In this document: in pieces, positions 1-8,950 of the stretch
How the letters are laid out: the number at the start of each line of letters is the position of its first letter
Position numbering within the stretch: the stretch's first letter is position 1
Origin: Spirochaetia bacterium
GTDB taxonomy: Bacteria; Spirochaetota; Spirochaetia; UBA9216
Length of the DNA: 64,000 nucleotides
Direction of reading: 5' to 3'
Assembly (NCBI GenBank): GCA_963675665.1
Contig: OY776510.1
Location: 3,776,001 to 3,840,000 of the forward strand
Made by a program: the position numbers and the translations under genes
Notes under the pieces: generated by a model
Seen by the model: only the letters and a program-made list of their open reading frames with translations
What the model was told of the DNA's origin: nothing
The model's database searches: none

Positions 1-1584
1 CGCGCATGATTCAAAAAGGATATCGGGAAACTCATTTTTAAGCTTGTCCAGAAGCCGGTAGAGCCCAAGAACATACCTGTGCGCCTGCTCTTTCTGACGT
101 TCCGCCGGCAGGATGTTTGAATAGAGGTCCGAAAGGTTCCGGTTGCAGTCCCATTTCACATACTGCAGACCTGCCCTCCTGAAAAGATTTGACAGAACTT
201 CATACATATAATCAATTACATCCGGGTTTGCGTAATCAAGCATCAGCTGGAAACGCCCTTCCGAAGCGGGTCGTTCCGGTGTTTTTATAGCCCAGTCGGG
301 ATGCGCCCGGTACAGTTCGCTGTCGGCATTGACCATCTCTGGTTCAACCCAGAGGCCGAATTTCAAACCTTTAGCATGAAGTTTTCTGCCAAGTCTTTCC
401 AGACCACCTGGAAGCTTCTTCCTGTTTTCATACCAGTCGCCGAGGCTTGAATGATCATCATCACGCTTTCCGAACCAGCCGTCATCAAGAACAAACAGCT
501 CGATACCGAGTTTTACTGCTTCATCGGCAAGCTTGAGCAGTTTACTTTCGTTAAAATCGAAATATGTCGCTTCCCAGTTATTTATAAGGACAGGCCTGTC
601 CTTATACTGCCAGGCCGGGTTTACAATATTATTATTAATCAGCTCGTGAAAATTCCTGCTCATCCCGTTTAATCCTGAATCTGAATAAGTCAGAATCGCT
701 TCGGGTGTTTGAAATGATTCACCGGGGACGAGTTGCCAGCTGAAATCGAAAGGATTAATCCCCATCTGGATCCTTGTAAACGAATGAGGATTTACTTCAG
801 CAAGACCGATATGATTACCTGAATAAACAAGCGAAAAACCGTAGCATTCACCTGCATTCTCGGTGGTATCGGCTCTCTTTAAACAAAAAAACGGGTTATG
901 ATTAGCGCTGCTCACGCCTTTTTTTGAATCTATATAGAAAATACCCTCTGAAAGTTTCCGGGTATTTATATGGCGTTCGCTTATCCATTTCCCGTCAAGG
1001 GTAAGCAGCTCAAAACCGGATTCACTGAAATCAAGATTAAAACTCATCAGCTTCTCTATGGACACCGGGAGATTCCCGCTGTTTACAAGCTTCGAACTTC
1101 GTGTAATAACATTACGCTCATAATACACGGTATAGCTGAGCACCAGAATCAGGTTGGCGTATGTGTCTTCAAGAGTTATTTCCAGCGTCTCAACATTATC
1201 GTTGTTTCTGAACGCATGCGGCATATCCTGAAGCTTGTTTTCGCCTTCATAGATTCTGTGGCTTTTATAAATGAAATCACAAACCCTGGTTCCGTTGCTG
1301 AAATTGATTTCCGTAAACGGTTCGCGGTAATCACCCTTGCCGTACGCCGGGGCTTCCAGGCAGGCGGCATCAAGACTGAAGTGTCCTGTTTCCGTACTGT
1401 AGCATGTTGAACTGCCCGTCCACAGGCTGAACGACTGGTGCATATTATTGTATGAACTTTTTTCCCGTATTCTTTTTCCGAAATACAGATTAACAGGATG
1501 GCCCGAGTCAAGGATTCTTATGATATAACTTGTATTCTCTGTAGAAAGATGGAAATCTGATTTGTTATTCCTGATTTTTATCAT
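1..1584 (-). CDS. Alpha-galactosidase, GH36 family (3' end runs off the window)
   Basis: Absent from the ORF track; manual translation from ATG 1584 (GGAG upstream) gives MIKIRNNKSDFHL...NNWEATYFDF...LFVLDDGWFG...GLWVEPEMV...YVKWDCNR...FESCA, GH36 signature motifs, in frame to base 1. Confidence 0.93.
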   Translation of the reverse strand, partial: MIKIRNNKSDFHLSTENTSYIIRILDSGHPVNLYFGKRIREKSSYNNMHQSFSLWTGSSTCYSTETGHFSLDAACLEAPAYGKGDYREPFTEINFSNGTRVCDFIYKSHRIYEGENKLQDMPHAFRNNDNVETLEITLEDTYANLILVLSYTVYYERNVITRSSKLVNSGNLPVSIEKLMSFNLDFSESGFELLTLDGKWISERHINTRKLSEGIFYIDSKKGVSSANHNPFFCLKRADTTENAGECYGFSLVYSGNHIGLAEVNPHSFTRIQMGINPFDFSWQLVPGESFQTPEAILTYSDSGLNGMSRNFHELINNNIVNPAWQYKDRPVLINNWEATYFDFNESKLLKLADEAVKLGIELFVLDDGWFGKRDDDHSSLGDWYENRKKLPGGLERLGRKLHAKGLKFGLWVEPEMVNADSELYRAHPDWAIKTPERPASEGRFQLMLDYANPDVIDYMYEVLSNLFRRAGLQYVKWDCNRNLSDLYSNILPAERQKEQAHRYVLGLYRLLDKLKNEFPDILFESCA

Positions 1585-1664
1585 GTCTGCAGCTCCGCAT
1601 TATTTCATTCATCGAGTTCATTCTAATATCAGAGGAGCATTTAATCAAAGCTTTATTTAAAATG

Positions 1665-1696
1665 AAAAAGCGACCCGGATTTCCGGATCGCTTTTC
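1665..1696. terminator. Intrinsic terminator hairpin after the symporter gene
   Basis: AAAAGCGAcCCGGA-tt-TCCGGaTCGCTTTT inverted repeat with A/T tracts on both sides. Confidence 0.75.
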
Positions 1697-1713
1697 TGAT
1701 TTTTTCAGACTTT

Positions 1714-3189
1714 CTAATAAGCCTTATTATATACGGCTTTTTGTTCTTCCTGAACATCAACAATCGAACTCTCGCGGGGTTTTGAAGCGAGGCTTACAAC
1801 GATAAATATAATCGCGTTAATAATCAGGCTGAATAGTCCCGAATGCAATCCGAACGGAACGCTCAGCGGAGTAAAGGTAAAAAGACACAGCAGAATTACT
1901 CCGGCAAGAAGACCTGATATTGCTCCGGCCGAGGTTGATTTTTTCCAGAACAGAACGCCGGCCGTAGGAACGAATACCTGCGCGGTGCCGCTGAGTGCTA
2001 CCAGACCTACATTAACAAGCAACCCCGGAATAAAAACCGACATGAAATAAGCTATCAGTGCAAAAACAAGTATTGCTATTCGGCCTACCCAGACAAGCGC
2101 TTTCTGATCCATGGTTTTATTTATATATCTCTGATGAAAATCAACAGTATATACTGCCGACATGGAGTGTATCTGCGAATTTGCCGAAGACATTGCTGCC
2201 GCAGCTCCGCCGGCACAAACCAGGCTTGCGAGAGCAAATGGCGCGTACTTGAACAGCATTATAGGCAATATCCTGTCGGGCCGGTCAAGTCCGGCCGATT
2301 CCAGAACCATACCCGTATTCCCGAGAAGCATTGATCCTACGTAGGCTATAGCGGCAAACCCCAGCAGAAACGGCATAAGGTTAAACAGCTTCGATGATTT
2401 TACGGAGTACATTCTTGTCCAGAGCTGCGGTCCCATAAATGCGCCGATCGGCGTAACAATGAACATTGAAATCCACAAGCCGTAACCGTGAACGCCCTGC
2501 GGTCCGGGAAGAGTCAATGATTCGGGAGCAGTCTGTTTCAGGGTCTGGAAAAGCTCCGCAGTACCGCCCACTTTTGCAGCTACAAAGAACCCGCCGAAAA
2601 TCATTCCGAAGAAAAGTAGTATGCCGTAAAATATGTCTGTCCATGCGACAGCCCTCAGGCCACCGGCCCAGACATAAACAATAATTATCGCGTAAAAGAG
2701 CAATCCGCCTATCTTCCACGGTATCAGTCCGCCCGATGCAACTTCGATAAGATATGCACCGCCGGTCAGCTGAATCTGCAGATACGGAAGGGTGAAAAGG
2801 ATCATGATAACAGCTACGATTACAGCCAACGGCCCCGAACCGTAAAGCTTTCTGAAGAAATCGCTTGGCGTTATAAGGTTATTCTTTTTGCCGTAAAACC
2901 ATATTCTTTTACCGACAACATAATACAGAACTCCGAACAGGATATTCCATGCTATGGCAGTCCAGTAAACCGGCCCGCGCGTGTAAAAGTACGACGGCGC
3001 ACCCAGGAACGCAAAAGAAGACCACCATGTAGCGGCAACCGTAAAAAATACCGCCAGAGACCCCATTGCCCGTCCCTGAACAAAGAAATCTTCCGTTGTT
3101 GGGAGAGATCTTTTATTTGCGACAGCGCCCATTACCAGAGGAATCAGCATAAAAAGTCCCAGAATTGTTAAAGCTATTGCACCTTCCAT
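1714..3189 (-). CDS. Sodium:solute symporter (SSS family)
   Basis: About 13 hydrophobic segments; EDFFVQGR, GGLRAVAWTD and AAAMSSANSQ motifs typical of SSS/PutP/PanF. Confidence 0.9.
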   Translation of the reverse strand: MEGAIALTILGLFMLIPLVMGAVANKRSLPTTEDFFVQGRAMGSLAVFFTVAATWWSSFAFLGAPSYFYTRGPVYWTAIAWNILFGVLYYVVGKRIWFYGKKNNLITPSDFFRKLYGSGPLAVIVAVIMILFTLPYLQIQLTGGAYLIEVASGGLIPWKIGGLLFYAIIIVYVWAGGLRAVAWTDIFYGILLFFGMIFGGFFVAAKVGGTAELFQTLKQTAPESLTLPGPQGVHGYGLWISMFIVTPIGAFMGPQLWTRMYSVKSSKLFNLMPFLLGFAAIAYVGSMLLGNTGMVLESAGLDRPDRILPIMLFKYAPFALASLVCAGGAAAAMSSANSQIHSMSAVYTVDFHQRYINKTMDQKALVWVGRIAILVFALIAYFMSVFIPGLLVNVGLVALSGTAQVFVPTAGVLFWKKSTSAGAISGLLAGVILLCLFTFTPLSVPFGLHSGLFSLIINAIIFIVVSLASKPRESSIVDVQEEQKAVYNKAY

Positions 3190-3434
3190 TATTCGTCTCC
3201 CTCACCTTCGATAAAATCTTTGCCTTTTCCCCAGTTTGCCTTATAGGCAACAAACAGAATGATGCACATGATTGCCCACATTATCAGGGTAAACCCGTAA
3301 ATAAAGGGCATCCCGAAAATCATGGGATCGATTCGATTGATGAAAAAGATTCCCGGCAATTCCATGATCATAAAGCAGATAATGATCAAGACCCAGAACA
3401 CTTTCTTCATCGGATAACTTTTCTTTTCCGACAT
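3189..3434 (-). CDS. Small two-TM SSS-associated membrane protein (DUF3311-like)
   Basis: NRIDPMIFGMPFIY motif, two TM segments, stop overlaps the symporter start. Confidence 0.75.
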   Translation of the reverse strand: MSEKKSYPMKKVFWVLIIICFMIMELPGIFFINRIDPMIFGMPFIYGFTLIMWAIMCIILFVAYKANWGKGKDFIEGEGDE

Positions 3435-3478
3435 AACATCTCCTTCTTTTCTTTATTCGGGAAGTTCTGATGCTTCCC

Positions 3479-5089
3479 TCAGGCATCGAAGACCTTGCGG
3501 CCTCCGAGCCATGTTTGACAAACTTTGATTTCCCTGATTGCAAACGGGTCCGTTTTTACAGGGTCTTTATCAAGCACCACAAAATCAGCCAGTTTCCCGT
3601 CTTCAATTGTGCCTTTGATTTTTTCTTCAAAGGAAGAATAGGCGCTGCCGGCCGTATAAATCCGGAGGGCCTGTTCTGCGGTTATTCTCTGGCTGAAGCC
3701 TACGCGCAGCCCCTGGGAACTTGTTCTTGTTACCATTGCCTGAACCGCCGTCATAACATCCTGCATCCCGCAGGGATTATCCGAGCTGGCGGCCACCGGG
3801 ATTCCCGCATCAAGAAACGACTTATGCGCAAACATGTTTTCAATGCGTTCCCCGTACACATGCATCTTTTCGCCGTGTTCCCATACATAGGTTGTAAAAG
3901 GCAGGGGTATAACTTCCGCCGCCCTGATTCTTTTCAGCAGCTGTTCATTTATAACTGTGCAATGCGCAATTCTATGCCTCAGTCTTTTTTCAGGATGTTC
4001 CGCCTGCGCTTTTTCAATGGCAGTCAATACCATATCGATTGCGTTGTCGCCGTTAGCATGAATTTCCATCTGGTAACCGCCGGAATGAGCTTCAAGAACA
4101 AGCGCTTCGGTGTCCTCGGGTGTTTTTGTCGGAATGCCGTAATAACCGGGCCGCCCGCCGTACGGTTCGCTTAACCAGGCCGTGTGGGCGGCAATTGCGC
4201 CGTCGACAAAACTTTTTATTGCTCCGAACTGCAGCATTTCATTCCCGAACCCGGTTCTTACCCCGACGTCCTTCAGCATATGCAGATAATTCTCAAGCAC
4301 ATTCATATATACCCTGCAGCTTAACCTTCCGCTTTCAAATGCCGACTGAAAAGCCGATATTTCAGGAGGCCCGACAAGTCCGTCGCCGACACTGGTTATG
4401 CCGTAAGATGAAGCTTCCTTACAGGCTATTTCCACAGCGGTTGCGAGCTGTTCCGTAGTATATGAAGGGACAAATGAGCCTTCCTTTCCCATTCCGGTAA
4501 CAAATTTAAAATGGGCTTCTTCAAGGCAGAGGCCCGTCAGCCTGCCGTTTTCATCCCGCACAAAATCTCCCCCGGGTGGGTTGGCTGTATTTTCGTCTAT
4601 GCCAGCAATTTTAAAGGCCGTTGAATTAACAACTCCGCAATGGCATGTCTGGGAACGCAGATGAACAGGATGCGATTTCGAAACACGATCCAGCTCGGCC
4701 GCAGTGGGATGTCTTTTTTCTTCAAGCTTGGAAAAATCGTAGCTTCCGCCCAAAACCCATTGTCCCGGCGTGGTTTCGTCAGCTTTCTTCCGAAGAAGTT
4801 TTATTATATCTTCAATGTTTTTAACTTTTGCCGGGCTGCAGTCAACCTGAAGCAACTGCTTGCCCCTGAGTGATAAAAGATGGCAATGCGCATCATTAAA
4901 ACCCGGAAGAATAATTTTCCCGGCGGCGTCTATTACTTTTACTCCCGGGGCATCGAGGTTAATTACATCGGAGGTTTTTCCGACAGCCGCAAACAATCCG
5001 TCTTTTACGGCAAACGCTTCAAAAACATCATTATTTCCGTTCATACTCCGGATAACTGCATTCTTTATAATTAAATCGGGGGTAATCAT
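3479..5089 (-). CDS. Amidohydrolase 3 family (YtcJ-like) metal-dependent hydrolase
   Basis: PGFNDAHCH, KSFVDG, HANGD, RHRIAHC, SSDNP and GKLADFVVL motifs. Confidence 0.9.
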   Translation of the reverse strand: MITPDLIIKNAVIRSMNGNNDVFEAFAVKDGLFAAVGKTSDVINLDAPGVKVIDAAGKIILPGFNDAHCHLLSLRGKQLLQVDCSPAKVKNIEDIIKLLRKKADETTPGQWVLGGSYDFSKLEEKRHPTAAELDRVSKSHPVHLRSQTCHCGVVNSTAFKIAGIDENTANPPGGDFVRDENGRLTGLCLEEAHFKFVTGMGKEGSFVPSYTTEQLATAVEIACKEASSYGITSVGDGLVGPPEISAFQSAFESGRLSCRVYMNVLENYLHMLKDVGVRTGFGNEMLQFGAIKSFVDGAIAAHTAWLSEPYGGRPGYYGIPTKTPEDTEALVLEAHSGGYQMEIHANGDNAIDMVLTAIEKAQAEHPEKRLRHRIAHCTVINEQLLKRIRAAEVIPLPFTTYVWEHGEKMHVYGERIENMFAHKSFLDAGIPVAASSDNPCGMQDVMTAVQAMVTRTSSQGLRVGFSQRITAEQALRIYTAGSAYSSFEEKIKGTIEDGKLADFVVLDKDPVKTDPFAIREIKVCQTWLGGRKVFDA

Positions 5090-5101
5090 GCCACTGGTAA
5101 A

Positions 5102-5117
5102 TGCAATTTATATACCA
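5102..5117 (-). promoter_or_regulatory. Sigma54 (-24/-12) promoter of the amidohydrolase-symporter operon
   Basis: TGGTATATAAATTGCA fits TGGCAC-N5-TTGCW with exact GG-N10-GC spacing; NtrC-type gene adjacent. Confidence 0.7.
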
Positions 5118-5234
5118 ATTCCCTGTTTTCATTATAAATCGTTCGTTATTACTTACTATAAAAAGAATTATAAAAAAACAGACTGTTTTGGTCGAAATAA
5201 AATGCAGATATTCTTAATTTTTAAAATCAGAATT

Positions 5235-5290
5235 ATAACTTTTTTTATAACAAAAGTTATAACAGTCTATAAACCATAACTTTTGTTATA
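5235..5290. promoter_or_regulatory. Candidate upstream activator sites ATAAC-N4-GTTAT (two perfect, one degenerate)
   Basis: Perfect palindromes at 5247-5260 and 5276-5289, degenerate copy at 5235-5248, about 120-170 bp upstream of the sigma54 site. Confidence 0.55.
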
Positions 5291-6691
5291 TCATGACCTT
5301 TTCGCCAGCCGTTTGCTTAGCGCAGGCTGGCTGATTCCGAGCAGAGCCGCCGCCGAAGAAATATTACCTCCGCTTCTGCGAAGCGCTTCATCAACAAGGA
5401 TATTCGACCACTCCTTTAATTGAGGCAGGTTTTCAGGAAAAACAACCTCCTGAAAATATTCGCTTCCGGAACTTTCGTCAGAGGCAATTTCCGATTCGGG
5501 CACTATCTTCGCAAGTAAACTCTCAGACAGTATTCCGTCCGCAGCACTGTTTATACACCTGTTCAGAATGGTTGTCAGCTCCCTTACATTACCAGGCAAA
5601 TCAAGACTGCTTACCCGCTTTATAAAACTGCTTTTGATTTCAGGTTCCGCAGTTTTAAGTTCAGTCGAAATTTTTAAAGTAAAATATTCTATAAGCAGCG
5701 GAATATCCTCACGTCTTTGGCGTAAAGGCGGAAGCGTAACCTCATGAGCAGACAGTCTGTAATATAAATCCCTTCTGAATACGCCTTCTTCCATGAGGCT
5801 CTCAAGATCACAATTGGTTGCCGCGATTATCCGGCAGGAGGCTTTCTTCAGTAAATCGGATCCGAGGGCATAATATTCCCCTTTTTCCAGCAGTCTTAAA
5901 AGTTTAATCTGGCTGCCTGAAGACAGATCTCCTATTTCGTCAAGGAAGAGAGTTCCCCCGGCGGCTTTATCGATCAATCCCGGGCGATTGCTGTCGGCCC
6001 CCGAATAGGCGCCCTTTTTATGCCCGAACAGGGCGTCTGAAAACATTGCATCATCCAATCCGGCCGCGTTTATGCTGATAAATTCGCCTTCCCTGCCTGA
6101 AGCCTTATGTACGGCCTCAGCGGTGAGTTCTTTGCCCGTGCCGGTTTCGCCCCTTATTAGAACAGTCTGATTTGTTCCGCTGATTATCGTCAGGTACCTG
6201 AAAACCGACTGCATCGATCTGCTTTCGGTAATGATGCTTTTGAAAGCATCGTCCACATCATCAGAACTGGAAAGCAAACTTTTCTTGAGCAGGCTATTTT
6301 CTTTCTTCAGATCATTTATACTGAGCGATTTTTTCACAACAGCCAGCAGTTTCGTATTTTCAATTGCTTTTACAAGATAATCTGACGCTCCGTTTTTCAT
6401 GCATTCGACAGCGGTAGACAGTTCATTTACCCCGGTTATAATCACTACAGGCAAATCGGGATATAACTTCTTGAGTTCAGGAAGAAGCACCTCCCCGGAC
6501 ACATGAGGCATTGTTAAATCAAGGAGAACAAGAGAAGGCGGTTTTTGCAAAATCATTTCAAGAACATTCCTGCTGTCGTTGCAGGTTACTACATTATTAA
6601 TTCCGGATGTACGCAATACCGCTTCCAGAGATTGAAGAATATACTGCTCATCATCAATAATATAAACCGGTCTGTCAGGATATTCCGACAT
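5291..6691 (-). CDS. Sigma54-dependent response regulator (NtrC family)
   Basis: REC domain (IIDDE, LLDLTMP), AAA+ GETGTGKE, GAYSGA (GAFTGA variant), LFLDEIG, Fis-type HTH; start moved to ATG 6691 behind GAAGGAG. Confidence 0.92.
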   Translation of the reverse strand: MSEYPDRPVYIIDDEQYILQSLEAVLRTSGINNVVTCNDSRNVLEMILQKPPSLVLLDLTMPHVSGEVLLPELKKLYPDLPVVIITGVNELSTAVECMKNGASDYLVKAIENTKLLAVVKKSLSINDLKKENSLLKKSLLSSSDDVDDAFKSIITESRSMQSVFRYLTIISGTNQTVLIRGETGTGKELTAEAVHKASGREGEFISINAAGLDDAMFSDALFGHKKGAYSGADSNRPGLIDKAAGGTLFLDEIGDLSSGSQIKLLRLLEKGEYYALGSDLLKKASCRIIAATNCDLESLMEEGVFRRDLYYRLSAHEVTLPPLRQRREDIPLLIEYFTLKISTELKTAEPEIKSSFIKRVSSLDLPGNVRELTTILNRCINSAADGILSESLLAKIVPESEIASDESSGSEYFQEVVFPENLPQLKEWSNILVDEALRRSGGNISSAAALLGISQPALSKRLAKRS

Positions 6692-8711
6692 CATCATCTC
6701 CTTCAGTATCAGAGCCCGGCTGCCGAAGCAAAACCTCTGCAACGGTACCTTTGCCGTATTCTGATTTATAGCTTAAAATCCCGTTATGCTTATCTATAAT
6801 GCTTTTTGAAATACTTAATCCGATACCTGTTCCTCCGGAGTTTCTTTTTGTTGTATAGAACGGATCAAAAATCTTTTTCAGGTCATCCGGTTTTATTCCG
6901 CATCCGTTGTCTTCGATTACAATACTGATACCGCCGTTACTGCCAATCGAGGTTTTAATTCTAATCTGCTGGTTGCGCCCCGTAAGCGATTGTACAGCAT
7001 TTTGGATAAGGTTTATGAAAACCTGTTCAAGCTGCTGCGCATTACCGAAAACTTCAGGCAGGGACTCTTCAAGCCTTAAAACAAAATCATCAGTGGCTTT
7101 TTTTATCATATTGGAACAAAGATTGACAGCTGATTCGATTGTTCGGTTAATATCAACTCTTGACCAGGGTTGTTCCGAATCATTCCTGGAGAGGGTTTTA
7201 AGATCGCTTACAATTTTGTCTATTCTTCTGGCTCCCTCAGTCATGCTTTTCAGGTAGTCCGGAATATGGTCCTTTATTTCAGAATAATTCCACCCGTGAA
7301 TTAAAAAGTCGCCGTTTTCATCGTAATATTCACCAAGCACTGAAACGCAATCCTTCCAGATATCCTCCAGAAGGCCGGCATTTGAAAGAATAAACTGGTT
7401 AGGATTGTTAATCTCATGAGCTACACCCGAAACAAGAACCCCAAGCGAGGCGAATTTATCCGCCTGTATCAACTGCTCTTTCTGTATCTCGGCACGTCGT
7501 TCAGCGATTTTTCTGTTGGTAATATCTACACCGGTCATTAAGACCTTATTCTGATCTTCAGGAATCTCCAGAATATCCGAAATCAGTATTGTTCTGTTGT
7601 TTCCGCCTGCGTCTTTTAAATCAAAATCAAGCGCTTCCGAACATCCGCCTGAAAATGCATTTGTAATCATCCTGTTTATTTTTTCATCCTGACCAGGCTC
7701 AAAAATATCAGAAAGATTCTTTCCGTTAAACTCGGACTGCGTGAATGCCATGGTTCGAAGAAATGAAGAATTGGCCCCTGAAACAACCCCGTTCTTGTCT
7801 ATAATGATCCTTACGCCGAGACTTTCTTCATATAAATAACGATACTTTTCTTCCGAGTTTTTAAGCTCTTCACGGCTCTTTCCGACAGTTGAAATCATCT
7901 CGCTGAATCCGCATAAAATCTCATATTCATCAGAATCTTCCGGGAAATAATGTACAGGAACTTCAGGTACTCTGTCAGGGTTCTGCGAAATATGGTGAAC
8001 CGTATCCAGTAAATAATAAAAACACCTGAATAGCGGGCGCATATATATAATTATAAGAAGGCAAATAGATGCGAATCCGATTATTATGATAATCATCGGT
8101 CCTAATAAATATTGCCGGAAAAGATTGTCGATATCATCAAAAAACATTCCGGTTCCGATATAACAATCCAGCTCCTGTATTCCCCTTACATACGACAGCT
8201 TTTCCCCGGGAGTCCGGGCACCCGGCGGAGGATAAAAATAAGAAACAAACCCTTCTCCTTTTTCACTGCGGGCAGTTGCAATAAGCTCTTTAATATAATA
8301 ATTACCGTAAGAATCCCGGGCATTAAGCTGGTATGTGTCCTGCTTCCAGGGTTCAAGCGGCTGAACCAGCATCATCCCTTCGTACGAACTCATGAAAATA
8401 TAATTTTTCATAGTTTCGCTTGTGTAGGTCATTCTTCTGACAAGGGTTACAGCCTGAATAAGGGCATCATCTTTCGTTAAAATCCCTTTTTTGAGCTCCT
8501 CAATAATCGGCTGAATTGTATTTAGACTTATTTCAACCTGCCTCTTAAGCTCAGCTTTCCTGAAATCTATCAGGTTGTTCCTGTAATTCTGTGCAAGATA
8601 AAAAAGAAGAATAAACATAATTATAAATAAAAGTATAAGTGACAGAGCAGTTCTTGTTGTTGTCCGCTTAAAAGGACCGGGAATAATATTTCGTTTCATC
8701 AGCATAGCCAA
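6675..8711 (-). CDS. Sensor histidine kinase with periplasmic Cache domain and PAS domain
   Basis: Two TM segments flank GEGFVSYFYP...KLSYVR (Cache_2-like); H-box AHEINNP; DNGCG and GTGIGL boxes; exact start uncertain (8711/8705/8699). Confidence 0.9.
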   Translation of the reverse strand: MAMLMKRNIIPGPFKRTTTRTALSLILLFIIMFILLFYLAQNYRNNLIDFRKAELKRQVEISLNTIQPIIEELKKGILTKDDALIQAVTLVRRMTYTSETMKNYIFMSSYEGMMLVQPLEPWKQDTYQLNARDSYGNYYIKELIATARSEKGEGFVSYFYPPPGARTPGEKLSYVRGIQELDCYIGTGMFFDDIDNLFRQYLLGPMIIIIIGFASICLLIIIYMRPLFRCFYYLLDTVHHISQNPDRVPEVPVHYFPEDSDEYEILCGFSEMISTVGKSREELKNSEEKYRYLYEESLGVRIIIDKNGVVSGANSSFLRTMAFTQSEFNGKNLSDIFEPGQDEKINRMITNAFSGGCSEALDFDLKDAGGNNRTILISDILEIPEDQNKVLMTGVDITNRKIAERRAEIQKEQLIQADKFASLGVLVSGVAHEINNPNQFILSNAGLLEDIWKDCVSVLGEYYDENGDFLIHGWNYSEIKDHIPDYLKSMTEGARRIDKIVSDLKTLSRNDSEQPWSRVDINRTIESAVNLCSNMIKKATDDFVLRLEESLPEVFGNAQQLEQVFINLIQNAVQSLTGRNQQIRIKTSIGSNGGISIVIEDNGCGIKPDDLKKIFDPFYTTKRNSGGTGIGLSISKSIIDKHNGILSYKSEYGKGTVAEVLLRQPGSDTEGDDDVGIS

Positions 8712-8781
8712 GCATGATGATAGTTAAACAATCATCCGCTGTCAATGAAAATAAAACCTGAAGTGTTGGTTTCATTTATAG

Positions 8782-8943
8782 TTATTTTATTTTTTCCGGT
8801 CTGCATAAGTATTTTTCATCTGCTGCAGTTCTCAGGCATTTTCTGCAGATATATTTGGCATTTTTAACCTGTTCAAGAATTTCTTCATCATCTGCACTGA
8901 AACCTTTTTTAACAGCTTTACACATTTTCTTCAATTTCAACAT
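8782..8943 (-). CDS. Small Cys-rich protein (53 aa)
   Basis: MLKLKKMCK...YICRKCLRTA...YLCRPEKIK; ATG 8943 lies just after the ABC-F stop. Confidence 0.6.
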   Translation of the reverse strand: MLKLKKMCKAVKKGFSADDEEILEQVKNAKYICRKCLRTAADEKYLCRPEKIK

Positions 8944-8950
8944 AATTTCT

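Noticed and set aside
451-1511. ORF-track entries 451-672, 970-1410 and 1176-1511
   Set aside because: Shadow frames of the GH36 gene on the minus strand, which the track missed because its stop lies outside the window
3470-4174. 234-aa plus-strand ORF and similar antisense ORFs throughout (e.g. 41764-42453, 47901-48551)
   Set aside because: Antisense to well-supported genes, with no recognisable motifs or start signals
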